In this document: positions 27,072 to 37,387 of the stretch, piece after piece
Numbering within the stretch: position 1 is the stretch's first letter
Layout: each line of letters begins with the position of its first letter
Translations under genes and position numbers: made by a program
DNA from: Dehalococcoidia bacterium
GTDB taxonomy: Bacteria > Chloroflexota > Dehalococcoidia > Plut-88900
Assembly (NCBI GenBank): GCA_965207225.1
Contig: CBDBLV010000005.1
Coordinates: forward strand, 352,001 to 416,000
Direction: 5' to 3'
DNA length: 64,000 nucleotides
The notes under the pieces: model-generated
Told to the model about the DNA's origin: nothing
The model's input: the letters and a program-made list of their open reading frames with translations, nothing else
Databases searched by the model: none

Positions 27072-28709
27072 TTACAGACTGCCCAGCCTCAATTCGAAGA
27101 CGGTTCTGTCTACCGTCAAAATAGGCCCACCATCACGTTCTGTACTCATAACTCGTCCGGTCAGATCGACTTGCGCGGAATCCGCTCCCTTGATTGGACT
27201 ATCCTCTGGCGTCGGAATCGAGTAGACAATGACGGCCTTGCCCGGCCTGACTTCTATTTCCTTGACGAAGGACTGGACGAAGGCTCTGGTTTCTGTCACC
27301 TCGCTGCTCTTGAGGAACTCGCTCATCTCTTCTGCGAAGGCGGCGATGGTGTCGGCGCTGTCCAAAAACTGGCGGCGCTCTACCAATATCTTCCTCGCCT
27401 CCTCAGCGGCTATCTCCAGCCGCTCCTTGTTTGCCCGGTGCTCCCTGATGCGGTCCGCAGCATCTGTCATCTCGATGTCGCTGGTCTCTATGACATGCCA
27501 GATGCGGCCCAGCTTGCGCTTGACACCCTCCAGCTCTTTCTCCAGGGCCTCAAGCCTCTTTCTTTGCTGTCTCGCCACCCCATCCATCTCCTCGTCCAAT
27601 AACCTCACCAGGTCGCGGATATTCGACTCAGTGAGAACATTATTCCTGATCTGGTCGATTATGAGTTTCTCGAAGATCCTCGCGTTCAGCCTGGGCGTAT
27701 CGCAGGCCTCCGGTCCCTGCTTGAGCAAGGTTTGGCAAACATAGTAGTTGTACCTGCCACTCTTGGCCTCGCCCGCGGTCAGGGCCTTGCCGCAAACATC
27801 GCACCTCACCATCCCGCTCAACAGGTAGGGGCTTGAGGCCTGCCTGGGGTGCACCCGCGAGGGAGCTCGGGACCCCAAGAGTTTCTTTACACGGCGGTAC
27901 TCAGCCTTGGTCACGATTGCCGGGAAGGCGTTCTCCACCCTCACCGGGGGAGCGCCGTCCCTGGCCTCGGTACCCCACACCAGCGTCCCGGTGTAGACCT
28001 CATTGTCGAGTATGGACTGGATGGTTGTCTTGATCCACTTCCTGCCCTTGCGGGTGGGTATGCCCTCGGAGTTCAGGGTCCTGGTCACGTCCAGGAGGCT
28101 CCTGCCCTGGAGCGCCATCTCGAAGATGCGCCGCACCACGGCGTCGGCGGGCGGGTCAAGCTCCAGCTTGGGCCTCTTCTTTGCCCCGTCCTGGACGTAT
28201 ACCCTCCGGTAGCCATAAGGGGCCGTACCAGTAACCCAGAAACCACGGGACGACGCCTCTCGCATCCCCCTCGTAACCTCCTGGGCCAGATTCTCCGAGT
28301 AGAACTCGTCCACGCTCTCGATGATGGCCTCCATAAGCTTGCCTGTGGGGGTATCGTCGGCATGCTCGGTGATGGACACCACCCTGATGCCTCTCCGTCT
28401 TAGCATGGACTTGAAGGCAACCGCATGTTCCCGCTTGCGGGTGAACCGGGAGAACTTCCAGACCAGGATCTCCCGGAACGGGGCCTCCGGCCTGCCTGCC
28501 TCGTCCAGCATCCTCTGGAACTGGGGCCTGTGGGATATACGCCCGCTCTCGGCCTCATCAACGTATTCGCGTACGACGAGATAGCCGTTCCTCTTGGCAT
28601 GGTCCCTCAGCGCCCTCAACTGGGCGGCCACCGACAGGTCCACGTCCTGCCGGTCGCTGGACACGCGGGCGTAGAGGGCCGCCGGTATCAATTCGCTGTC
28701 TATTCTCAT
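27072..28709 (-). CDS. large serine recombinase / integrase (resolvase, recombinase and Zn-ribbon domains)
   Basis: YARVSS catalytic Ser, SRFTR, APYGY, YLLSGMVRCDVCG...YYVC...C, coiled coil. Confidence 0.95.
   Translation of the reverse strand: MRIDSELIPAALYARVSSDRQDVDLSVAAQLRALRDHAKRNGYLVVREYVDEAESGRISHRPQFQRMLDEAGRPEAPFREILVWKFSRFTRKREHAVAFKSMLRRRGIRVVSITEHADDTPTGKLMEAIIESVDEFYSENLAQEVTRGMREASSRGFWVTGTAPYGYRRVYVQDGAKKRPKLELDPPADAVVRRIFEMALQGRSLLDVTRTLNSEGIPTRKGRKWIKTTIQSILDNEVYTGTLVWGTEARDGAPPVRVENAFPAIVTKAEYRRVKKLLGSRAPSRVHPRQASSPYLLSGMVRCDVCGKALTAGEAKSGRYNYYVCQTLLKQGPEACDTPRLNARIFEKLIIDQIRNNVLTESNIRDLVRLLDEEMDGVARQQRKRLEALEKELEGVKRKLGRIWHVIETSDIEMTDAADRIREHRANKERLEIAAEEARKILVERRQFLDSADTIAAFAEEMSEFLKSSEVTETRAFVQSFVKEIEVRPGKAVIVYSIPTPEDSPIKGADSAQVDLTGRVMSTERDGGPILTVDRTVFELRLGSL
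27103..27132. other. att-like site A within the integrase 3' end
   Basis: GTTC-N17-GGCCCACCA, same spacing as the motifs at 52976 and 61594; GGCCCACCA resembles a tRNA 3' end. Confidence 0.6.
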
Positions 28710-28773
28710 TGATTCACTCCCCTCCCTGAATCAGGATCGAAGGTTTTGATCTTCCATTCCTCTCTGGTTCCGG

Positions 28774-29205
28774 TCATTCCAGCAGCTTCTTGTTGGTGAA
28801 TCGCTCGTACATCTCTACTATGAAGCGCTTGGCACTGAGGGAGAGGGGACCGTATGGCCGGGTCCCCACCCGGAATACGGGGTCGTCTAGAACGTACCGG
28901 TAGGCCCGCTCCACCTCCAGGGCTTCCTCGCCGTAGGGGTCGGGTCTGCGGGTGTGTCCTGCTCGTTTCATCAGCTCCCCCCGGTCCACGTTGTACACGT
29001 CGGCCAGCTTGCCGATGATGTTAGAGCCCGGCCTGCGGTCTCCCCTCTCTATCTGGGAGAGGTAGGATGCGGAGATACCAGTGCGCTGCATAATGTCCCT
29101 CAGGCTCAGTTCTCCCCGCAGCCGCCGGAGCAGGGGCCCGATCTCCTCGTTGCCCTCTATCTCCCTGCTGACTTCAGGGTCCCGGTTGTCGCCAGGTTCG
29201 TCCAT
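28774..29205 (-). CDS. XRE-family repressor (ImmR/CI-like position)
   Basis: LRRLRGELSLRDI...GISASYLSQIERG; upstream of the integrase and divergent from the HTH operon. Confidence 0.85.
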   Translation of the reverse strand: MDEPGDNRDPEVSREIEGNEEIGPLLRRLRGELSLRDIMQRTGISASYLSQIERGDRRPGSNIIGKLADVYNVDRGELMKRAGHTRRPDPYGEEALEVERAYRYVLDDPVFRVGTRPYGPLSLSAKRFIVEMYERFTNKKLLE

Positions 29206-29481
29206 GGTGGTTCCCCCTGCGCCGCCTCATGAGCGGACGTTTATGGTATAAAGCCTCCTGCTGGAATGATGCAATATAATTGTTACACAGTTGGCACTAA
29301 TTGGCAAGCATTTTGGAGCATAAGCTTCAATACAGCGGTTATCATCTTGTGAATCACACTGCTAATTATTACACTTACGCTAACATAGTAATTATTCTAT
29401 ATGGTTCATTCCAGTATACGGCAGGAAAGGATTTCCGGGCTGCCCTCGCGGCGGTCCGGACCATCGGGAGCACCGGATCCA

Positions 29482-29655
29482 ATGAGCGGCAGGCGGAAGC
29501 AAAGACTCACGGCGAGGCAGGAGCGCCAGCGCATCGAAGGGCTGCGAGTCCTGGCCCGCATTATTGCCCGCCACTACCTCTCCAACCCTCGCCTTTACGA
29601 CAACGGGGCGGTTCCGAAAGGGCTTGAGGCGGCCCGCAAGGAGGAACAACCATGA
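29482..29655 (+). CDS. small basic hypothetical protein
   Basis: MSGRRKQRLTARQERQRIEGLRVLARIIARHYL; ATGA overlap with the next gene. Confidence 0.6.
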   Translation: MSGRRKQRLTARQERQRIEGLRVLARIIARHYLSNPRLYDNGAVPKGLEAARKEEQP

Positions 29656-29891
29656 AGCGCAGGCAACCCTCATCAAAGGTCCGGCTCAACACGCGGAGGG
29701 TCTGGGAGCTGCTAAACCGGCTCAACATGTCCCAGAACGAGCTGGCTGCCAGGGCAGGCACTTCCTCGGGCTACCTCTCCCAGCTTATTTCCGGTACCCG
29801 TCGGCCCTCGCCGTCCCTTCGCAAGCGGCTCATGGAGGCATTGGGCGTCACCCGGTTCGACGACCTGTTTATCCTCGAGGTCGTGGAGTGA
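29652..29891 (+). CDS. XRE-family HTH protein
   Basis: MSQNELAARAGTSSGYLSQLISGTRRPS; GAGGA RBS. Confidence 0.85.
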   Translation: MKRRQPSSKVRLNTRRVWELLNRLNMSQNELAARAGTSSGYLSQLISGTRRPSPSLRKRLMEALGVTRFDDLFILEVVE

Positions 29892-30220
29892 GAAGCGGCC
29901 TCCTGCCTCCCCACCTTATCATCGAGGACGGCCTCTTGCCGGAGGATTTTGCAGGGCGCATCGAGGCCTTTAAGGAGGCGACCGGCCTTTCCTGGAATGC
30001 ACTGGCCGCCTGCCTGGGAGTGGATCCCCGCCAGCTTCAGCGCTGGCGCAGGGGCACCAAGCCCAGCGGGGACGGCCTGTGCGCCCTTATCCTTCTTGCC
30101 GCCCGCATACCGGGCGGGGTTCGCATCCTTATGGGGGTGGACGTGATGCAGCCCTTGGAGACGCATCAACCTTCCTACGTTCTGGGACTCGGCCGGTATG
30201 GGAACCATCGGGAGGGTTAG
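29888..30220 (+). CDS. XRE-family HTH protein
   Basis: GTG start overlapping the upstream TGA; LPEDFAGRIEAFKEATGLSWNALAACLGVD...RWRRGTKPSGDG. Confidence 0.8.
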   Translation: MRSGLLPPHLIIEDGLLPEDFAGRIEAFKEATGLSWNALAACLGVDPRQLQRWRRGTKPSGDGLCALILLAARIPGGVRILMGVDVMQPLETHQPSYVLGLGRYGNHREG

Positions 30221-30231
30221 GGCCTTTGGGG

Positions 30232-30522
30232 GTGCAGCATCGGGTCCGCAGACCCATTCAGTTCGACTTCCCGGCCGACTTTCCCGAGCGTTTGGCACTC
30301 TTCAAGGAGGCCAGTGGGCTGAGCTGGAGGGAACTGGCCCGGCTCCTGGGGGTCAGGCCCTACCGGCTCTGGCAGTGGCGGAAAAGGAGGGTGGTGCCCA
30401 ACGCCACCCACCTCTTCCTGCTGTTGACTGTGGCCGAGGCGATGGGGCTGCGGGACGGGGCCCTGATGTGTGCCGAGCGGGACCTGCCCGCGGGTGGGGA
30501 CCTGGGGGACCCTCAGCGATGA
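30232..30522 (+). CDS. XRE-family HTH protein (start approximate)
   Basis: FPADFPERLALFKEASGLSWRELARLLGV...WQWRKRRVVP. Confidence 0.75.
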   Translation: MQHRVRRPIQFDFPADFPERLALFKEASGLSWRELARLLGVRPYRLWQWRKRRVVPNATHLFLLLTVAEAMGLRDGALMCAERDLPAGGDLGDPQR

Positions 30523-30983
30523 TGTGTCTGATGGAAATCGGCCCTGCCGGTCTGAGCAAAAGAGCCTATCCCTGTGGAATTGAGAATGAGGTTGAACTCG
30601 TCGTCTGTCTGATTTTTCTTGTCGGGCCTTTGCTGCACTCGAATGGTCAATCGTCCATCTCCCGCAACGGCCAGAGTGGGGTTTAGGATATCTCGGCTTT
30701 CCAAAAGGCTCTGTACCGAGAAGTCTAGTGTCGGGAGGGTGCGCAGCAGGTGGTGCCGCTCCAGGGAAATGCCTGAAATGATCAACTCGCGACCATGTCC
30801 ACCTTCATCGAAGACACCGACAGCCCCATACCGGGCGTTGGTCAGCGAATGGGCCCCTTCCACGACCTCCTGAAGCACGGTGTCGAGGTCCCAACTCTCG
30901 GTGATGCGACGGTTGACCTCGCTTAGCTTGGCAAGCCGAGTGCGCAACTTGTCAATCTCCCGGACTTCCAAGTCATTCCACAT
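30513..30983 (-). pseudogene. truncated copy of the GAF sensor kinase
   Basis: RRITESWDLDTVLQEVVEGAHSLTNARYGAVGVFDE matches 59090..; similarity ends near 30730 and is followed by unrelated sequence. Confidence 0.85.
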
Positions 30984-31039
30984 AATTGACGGTTTCGCTT
31001 CTAATCTATTGCACGGAGCTGCGATGGTACGTGAAGAGC

Positions 31040-31110
31040 TTTCACAAAAGTACTCTAAGTTTTCACGGGCTCTTTCACGTAAAAGGGGTTGATTTTCACG
31101 CCTATTTCAC
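31040..31110. promoter_or_regulatory. five-box TTTCAC array (OmpR-type binding sites), copy 1
   Basis: Boxes at 31040, 31061, 31073, 31094, 31105 (spacing 21/12/21/11). Confidence 0.75.
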
Positions 31111-31158
31111 AGCCCTCCTCTATGTTGAACGACATCAAGATTCCAGGAGGGGCGTCAG

Positions 31159-31242
31159 ATGAATAGATTGTTAGTCAGAGACCAACGTATCCGGCCAAGG
31201 CCATGTACCTATCTAGGCTCCTGCAAGACGAAGATTGATTAA
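31159..31242 (+). CDS. putative 27-aa peptide MNRLLVRDQRIRPRPCTYLGSCKTKID
   Basis: AGGAGG RBS; overlaps the hairpin GGCTCCTGCAA...TTGCAGGAGCC (31216-31278). Confidence 0.35.
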   Translation: MNRLLVRDQRIRPRPCTYLGSCKTKID

Positions 31243-31333
31243 TGATCGTGTTACTTTGCTTCTCGCTTTGCAGGAGCCGAACAACAAAAGATGAAGGACA
31301 TAGGCAAATGAGGCTTCAAATACCTAGTCGAAA

Positions 31334-32197
31334 ATGAGAAGTCCAATGAGTACAACGATCAAGCTCACCGCAATTCTGACACTAGCAATAGCTGTGATCT
31401 TGGGTTTCCATGTGGTAACCGCGCAGATGGTCGCAGCTGAAGGCCCTGATGAACCTCGGCTCCAAGGAGAGGGTGTAATTACCTATAATCCGCCTAATAG
31501 ACCCGCCTTGATGGACCCTGTTCGCAGTGTCGTTCAGGGCACTCGCGTGGATGGTGAATGCGTCATCACTTACACTGTATCGATAAACTCCAATGAACCA
31601 TCCAAAGTCACTCGTACGGTGGCCTTCAATCCGATCACATGTGAAGAACTTATTGAACAAGGAACATTGAGTCAGCAAGAGACCGAGGTGGATGGGTCCC
31701 CTACGAAGGAAACCACACCGAAGGACGAAGGAATTGGCACAGATTCTCAAGGCGGAGCAACTTATTCTGCGTCCTCTCTCCCAAGAAAGACCAAAACTTT
31801 CAAGGCAACTTGGGAGGATCCCGTTCACCTTGATGTGAATTGGCAAAAGACCAAAATGACATGGGAGTATGACAGCGAGAATAACATTGTTAATTACTTG
31901 AGCGGTCTGTGCACATGGTACTGGCTAACCACCACGGGGTGGACGGCAGACCCGGACGAGGAATGTAAACAATACTCGCAGGCTAACGGGTCTCGGCACG
32001 TAGTTGAGGCGAGTAGAGGATTCACAAACAAAAACTTTCCCTGCTTTATTCTGGGTAATCCCAAGGTAGGCGCGAAAACTCGGATGGACAATCAAAAGAT
32101 TACAGCCAATGCCGATGGAACATACTCTGGCTCAGTTGACTTCTCAAAGAGCGGAGACTGCGCTTGGTTGCTACACAATGAAACAAGCTGGGAATAG
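31334..32197 (+). CDS. secreted two-domain Cys-containing protein
   Basis: Signal peptide, N-domain with 2 Cys, acidic/Thr linker, C-domain with 4 Cys. Confidence 0.8.
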   Translation: MRSPMSTTIKLTAILTLAIAVILGFHVVTAQMVAAEGPDEPRLQGEGVITYNPPNRPALMDPVRSVVQGTRVDGECVITYTVSINSNEPSKVTRTVAFNPITCEELIEQGTLSQQETEVDGSPTKETTPKDEGIGTDSQGGATYSASSLPRKTKTFKATWEDPVHLDVNWQKTKMTWEYDSENNIVNYLSGLCTWYWLTTTGWTADPDEECKQYSQANGSRHVVEASRGFTNKNFPCFILGNPKVGAKTRMDNQKITANADGTYSGSVDFSKSGDCAWLLHNETSWE

Positions 32198-32303
32198 CCT
32201 GGAATTCGTGATGAGTCACAGAATTCGAACGGCATCCGGGGCACAATGGTTAACGTTATTGTTGTCGGCCATAAAAATCTAAAGGTCTCGATAGGCATGC
32301 ACA

Positions 32304-32355
32304 GCAGGGGTAGTCGTAAGAAATAATGTAAGTATCCTGCTACGACTACCCCTGC
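32304..32355. terminator. 15-bp stem-loop between the secreted gene and its partner
   Basis: GCAGGGGTAGTCGTA...TACGACTACCCCTGC. Confidence 0.6.
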
Positions 32356-32378
32356 ACCTTACTCCGTGACCAGTTGTC

Positions 32379-32783
32379 ATGTGCATTAGGTTGAGGAGAA
32401 CGACTGTCGGGATGGAGCTCAGTGAATTGTGGGCCTCGAACATTATCAAATATAGTGCACCTATCGTTACAACGGTCGTGCTCGTCTTGACCGTTTTGTT
32501 CGTCTCCTATTACCTAATGCTGTGGCCATTCCAACCTAGATTGGAAGTGGATGATCCCGTTATCTCCGAATGGCTGCAGCAAGACGGAGTTGTCATTTAT
32601 CGCACTGGTGAAAAATTGGCCGACAGTCGCATGTACATCACTGACGGTGAGAGAATCGAAGGTGGTTGTAGCTGGCAAGTTAGTGTTTCCGGGTCTGATG
32701 ACTATGTAATCATCAGCAGAGAACTGGCCACAAACCACATTACATGTGAAACCTTGGTAGAAGAGGGCAGGCGGCTTGATTAG
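32379..32783 (+). CDS. membrane-anchored protein homologous to the N-domain of 31334..32197
   Basis: One TM helix; G.R..G.C...R..A.N.ITCE.L.E.G shared with the upstream protein; start may be 32412. Confidence 0.75.
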   Translation: MCIRLRRTTVGMELSELWASNIIKYSAPIVTTVVLVLTVLFVSYYLMLWPFQPRLEVDDPVISEWLQQDGVVIYRTGEKLADSRMYITDGERIEGGCSWQVSVSGSDDYVIISRELATNHITCETLVEEGRRLD

Positions 32784-33229
32784 CCTATAGGGCAGGAGTG
32801 GATTATGCGGTTATTGCTCATATTGCCAGTCCATATGTTGGCCTGCACCTCCGGCTCTGGGTCCTGGGAGGCGCGTGCAGAACTGTACCAATACCTTGAC
32901 AGGGTGCGACTATGCACGCAGAGAACAGGGCGCAATTCGAGCATTTGACAACTGTTACCTTTGCCCCGACAGCCTCTCGAGTGAATACTGGCCCCACTGT
33001 GCCCACTCCTACGAATGAGGAGTTGAAACAATACAGCTTTTCTTAGTTTGCGCCCAGGCTGGCCGATCTCTCGCGGACTAGCCGTTTCCTCCAGGGACAA
33101 CTTGACGAGCTAAATGCTATGGCGGTACCGGATGAACATAGAGACCTTCACGGTGACCTAATTGCCATGTGGGAAGCGGACATCGCTTGGGTGGAGGATT
33201 GGCTGGAGCCAACGCAGGACTACGTTGCG

Positions 33230-34190
33230 TATCTGTGGGCGTAAGATTGGGAGAGCATCGAGGAAGGGCCGCACGCCGTTGTCCTAGATGGGCCGGTGGG
33301 TGGAGTAGTAGTGCAGGTAGGGAGCGAGGCGGGCCGCCATGGTGACGGGCCGTCAGGCCCTGCGCTCCCACTCGAGGAAGAAGGCCCACCGTGCGCCGTC
33401 CCGCTCCAGGATGCCGAAGGCGTCGGGGTGTATCGAGCGCCTGGCCCCGAAGTAGCGGAAATACCGGGACGCCCTGTGTGGTGGGTCGAGCTGTGCGGTC
33501 TCCCAGCAGAGGCTGTGGGCCTGACGGGATAGTGCTCCAACGAACCCGTGGACGGCCACCCGTGTGGTTCAAGTTCCTGAGGAGCTGGCGGGTGCGCCTC
33601 CTGGACACGCTCCGCCAGTCTACAGCGTCGTTCGGAAGGGCGTTTCACCTCTTCCTGGCCTCTCCTACGGAGGTGCGGTCCCTGCGAGCCAGCGCCGCTA
33701 GTCCTCTGTCGGCCAGGGCAAGGCTTCATCCCGAGGACGGGGTGCGGATGACCAGCCCCAAACCCTCCAGTGGACGTACGACCTGGGAGGCCCGGGAGCG
33801 GGAGACGCCCATCAGGCCAGTCAGGTCCTCCAGGCCCAGCAAGGGCCACTCGGAGAGTAGGTCCAGGGCCCGCTTCTCGGCGGGCCGCAGCAGGACGGGC
33901 AGCAGGCAATCGGGGACGGCAGCACCTGGGTCGTGTGGGCCGATGGCCGGGGGCATGGATGTCCCCCGCAGTAGTGGTCTCTCGACGGGCAGGGCGCCCC
34001 TGGGCTGCAGTCGTACCAAGGCCTCTTAGAGGGTCACCGTGCGGTTGAAGGATCCCTGGCGCCACACCGAGGCGTCTGGGCCGGCCCGCGGCCGCGTGGG
34101 TCTCTAGGTAAAACAGGGCCAGGACGGTAGTCCTGGCCAACAGACTGCGGGCATGGCGCAGGCGCACCTCGTCGAGCATTATCATGAGAA
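33230..34190 (-). pseudogene. frameshifted, 5'-truncated paralog of the 1713..3338 relaxase
   Basis: Pieces in different frames: DEVRLRHAR, LPVLLRPAEKRALDLL..WP, RTRQLLRNL, SIHPDAFGIL...FFLEWERRA. Confidence 0.85.
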
Positions 34191-34657
34191 TGGCTCAGTT
34201 ACGCGGCGAAACCGGTGACAACCCAAGCCCCATTGGGGGATAAGAGCAGGGCGATTCCACCAGTGAGCCTCTATGTCCAGGCGACGCTGGCAGGGTCTCG
34301 GCTCTGCAACAATTGTCCCGTTTCGACCTGTTGGGGGCTGACACCGTAGGTGTCGGGTGGCCCTTTAGTCCCCCTATAGGAAGCCGCAGGAATGGACTGT
34401 GACCATGGGTCGGATGTCCTCCGGCGGCCATGATGGGGTTATTCATAGAGGTGCCCGGTGATGAGGACGTAGCTACTATCCAAAGCTGACGGGCAATGAA
34501 GAAGTGGGGTTGCCGTAATGTCCCCTGACGTGTCAGTCCTGCACCAAATTGCAGTCGGGAGGGTGCAAGGTACATGAGGGGATGCAAGTTGCAGGAAAAC
34601 GGGCCAGGTAGCCATGCCGGGAGCCCCCTACAGGAAGTGGCGGCAACGGACTGGTGG

Positions 34658-36679
34658 TCATGTTGCAATCTCGTCCAGGGCGGATAGCGGCCTTCTGTCC
34701 AGGGAGTAAGGAGGCGGAAGTATCCATGCCTCCCCGAGGATTCCATGTTTCGCAAGGGTCTCTGTGTTGGATGTGATGATGGGGACTCCGTCCACCGTGT
34801 CGGAAACGTCGAGAAAGGCGTTTTCGTTTTCGGGGGACTCGAAGATGAAGAGCACCCGGGGCAGTAGTCCCTCGTGGTCTTGCTCGGCCCATCCGGTGGC
34901 GAAGTAGCGTCGGTAGGACCGTAGTCTGGAGTGCGCACGCTTCGGGGTCGTGGCCCTCCTCTCGAACTCCAGCAGGTGGGGATGCCACCGTCCTTTGTAT
35001 TCCAGGGTGAAGGAGACGTCGGGGTGGATGACGTAGGTGGTCCAGTCAAAGCGGTAGCCGATGCTGGATCGGGACGTGGGAAGCAGGTCCCACATATCAT
35101 AGTCGTGGGAGCGGGCGACCTCGGCGGACAGGGCGGAGACGAAGTCGATGACGCCGGCATGGTGTTGCATCTGGGAGGCCAGGGCTCGCAATGCGGTTCC
35201 GCCGTAGGCGGTGGGGTTGGAGTACAAAGGCTGTGCACTCCATTGGTCGAGGGTCAGTCCCACGGCGGCACGGTCCCTGCGGGCCAGGTAAGTCAGTCCC
35301 TCGTCGGTGAGCATGTGCAGGGGCCCGTCAGTCCGCACGAGGCCGTGCTGGGCCAGGGAATGGAGCACCTGGTTGACACGGCGGAGGGTGACCCCTCCCA
35401 TGAGTCCTGCCAGCTGCTCCCGGGTGGACAGGGTCCAGGCTGAGAGCAGGTCGAGGGCGTCCTTCTCGGCGCCGCTCAGCTGCACCGAGAGGGCCGGCGT
35501 GAGTTGCTGGGTGGGATCCGGCATGGTGGCCAGCACGTCGGAGGGATAGAGTTCGGCAGAATTCGGATACGAGCTTTTGCCGAGGAAGGAGTAGGACGTG
35601 TCCAGCAGTTGCTCCGCCCAGGCCAGTATGCCGGTAAGGGAGGCGTCGGCGCCGATGCGCACGGGAGGGTCATTGCCCAGGCCGCTCCCGCACTGCTGCC
35701 AAACGACTCCTTTGCGGCCTCCGGCCAGAAGCTTCCCCTCCGTAGTCACGAAGGTTCTGTGGTGCTCCCACGGGTCGCCCAATGAGCGGAAGGCCCTCCG
35801 GGTGGCCTGGTCAGCGTGGGTCACGACAAGGGTGACGAAGGGAGTCTCGCTGCTGTCCAGCCTCTCGATGCTCCTGAGGCGGTAGCGGAGCCTGGAGGTG
35901 GGCAGCGTTGGACCCTGCCGCACCACGCCGATGCTGCGGCCCCCGGAGAGGGTGAGGAGCATGTCGTAGGGGCCGTTGCGGTAGTGGTCCACCCTCACGG
36001 AGTCATCGTGCGGGTCGGCGTCGGCGACCATGGCGGCGACGCGGTGGAGCACGGAAACGGCGTCCAGACGCTCAGCAAGCAGCCGAAACCACTGCTTCGA
36101 CACCGGGTACGACCGAAGCATGTGCTCCTCACCCTTGGTGGCCATGCCTCCGGCGGTCACACCCTTGGCCGTGGGAAAGTACCGGCGCTGCGGACGAGTC
36201 CCCAGGACGCTCAGGTGGTGCAGTACTGAATCCACGAGGCCCCGCTCGGTCAGCCTCTTCAGCCGGTCTCGGAGCGTCGAGGCAGGGATTCGCCCGAAGC
36301 TGGACAGCTCCTCCACGGTGGCCAGGGGCGTGGCGCAAAGCAGCAGGAGCGCCTGCTCAAGGCCCTGGCGCAAGTGACGGAGGGCAGGGTCCGGCCGCAG
36401 GCCCTCCAGGTCGATGATGAGCTTCATAGTGGCGGCTTCGACCGCCCGCACACTGCCGCTGAAGGAGCTCAGGACAGCGTTGGGTACGGCACGCCCTCCG
36501 TAACGCCGTTTGAGGAACCGCCACAGGCTGTGGCGGGACACACCGAGGGTTTCGGCTGTCTTACCTTGTCCATGTAGCCGGACGTGGGCGCGCACGTAGT
36601 CCCGGACCGCTCCCTCTAGGTGCGGTCCGGTCTGTGTGGAACCGTTTAACGGTCGTGCCCGTTGCTCTGCGAGGACCAA
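34658..36679 (-). CDS. Replic_Relax/MOBC-like relaxase paralog with an extra N-terminal HTH
   Basis: HPDVSF...LLEFERRA; two wHTH halves; PVSKQWFRLLAERLDA and ARRDRAAV shared with 1713..3338. Confidence 0.75.
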   Translation of the reverse strand: MVLAEQRARPLNGSTQTGPHLEGAVRDYVRAHVRLHGQGKTAETLGVSRHSLWRFLKRRYGGRAVPNAVLSSFSGSVRAVEAATMKLIIDLEGLRPDPALRHLRQGLEQALLLLCATPLATVEELSSFGRIPASTLRDRLKRLTERGLVDSVLHHLSVLGTRPQRRYFPTAKGVTAGGMATKGEEHMLRSYPVSKQWFRLLAERLDAVSVLHRVAAMVADADPHDDSVRVDHYRNGPYDMLLTLSGGRSIGVVRQGPTLPTSRLRYRLRSIERLDSSETPFVTLVVTHADQATRRAFRSLGDPWEHHRTFVTTEGKLLAGGRKGVVWQQCGSGLGNDPPVRIGADASLTGILAWAEQLLDTSYSFLGKSSYPNSAELYPSDVLATMPDPTQQLTPALSVQLSGAEKDALDLLSAWTLSTREQLAGLMGGVTLRRVNQVLHSLAQHGLVRTDGPLHMLTDEGLTYLARRDRAAVGLTLDQWSAQPLYSNPTAYGGTALRALASQMQHHAGVIDFVSALSAEVARSHDYDMWDLLPTSRSSIGYRFDWTTYVIHPDVSFTLEYKGRWHPHLLEFERRATTPKRAHSRLRSYRRYFATGWAEQDHEGLLPRVLFIFESPENENAFLDVSDTVDGVPIITSNTETLAKHGILGEAWILPPPYSLDRRPLSALDEIAT

Positions 36680-37387
36680 TTGCCTTATCCAGTCGACTAT
36701 CGTTCAACATCGTATTTTGAAGGGGAAATTGGTCAAAAATAAGGCCTTGCAAGACATTGTGTGGGAGGTGGTTTGGTGGTAAAGGCCGATGTCAGGAAAA
36801 GTGTACAGGCTTTCTCACAGAGGGCAGTGGAGAGTTGCATCTTGGAGCCTGGGACTTCCCTAGGCCCTGGAATCAGAAGAGAATAAGCGTGGAGAATGGG
36901 GTGCGGAAAATAGCCGGTTCGTCTGGCTTGGGTCTATCCCTTCATGGTTAGAATCCCTCTGCCGGAATTCTTGGTTCGGAATAGTGGAGTTTCCGCCTTT
37001 TCCAATACAAGAGCCCATCTCCACTTGTTTAACTGGCTGAGCAACCGCACATTCTCGTACACCATGCAAATGGAATTGCCACACGTAAAGAACAGCCTAA
37101 TACCGTCCGCAATGCCTTCATCCTTTGCGACATAGGCGGAGAGATTCCTGCCTGCCTCGGCGGAGTCCAGCATTTCAATGTCGTGCCACTTATGCTCAAG
37201 GCGTGTTAGGTGCAATCCATTTCAGCGGGGCCCCCGACTTTCCCTTTAGTCAAATGTGAGCCGGGCCTATCTGGGCACTCAACGTATCTTGTTCATCGAG
37301 CGGTGTACAATGCAATCGCAGTCATCTCAGGGATTGACCTTAATTCATCCAGATATACACTAATCCTAGCAAGGATATAATGAATAT

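Larger units (their letters stand above)
284..27132. mobile_element. ICE-like integrative conjugative element (left boundary uncertain, may extend beyond window)
   Basis: Co-oriented T4SS/coupling protein/relaxase operon, regulators, cargo adhesins and TA pair; right boundary placed at the att-like motif in the integrase 3' end. Confidence 0.65.

Noticed and set aside
33118-33170. Possible degenerate att arm TATGGCGGTACCGGATGAACATAGAGACCTTCACGGTG
   Set aside because: Sits at a plausible junction but needs several indels to fit the motif
33220-35238. 321-aa and 347-aa ORFs as real proteins
   Set aside because: Off-frame read-throughs of relaxase sequence with low-complexity Pro/Arg composition
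36934-37215. 93-aa minus-strand ORF
   Set aside because: No RBS or recognisable motif; may be a fragment
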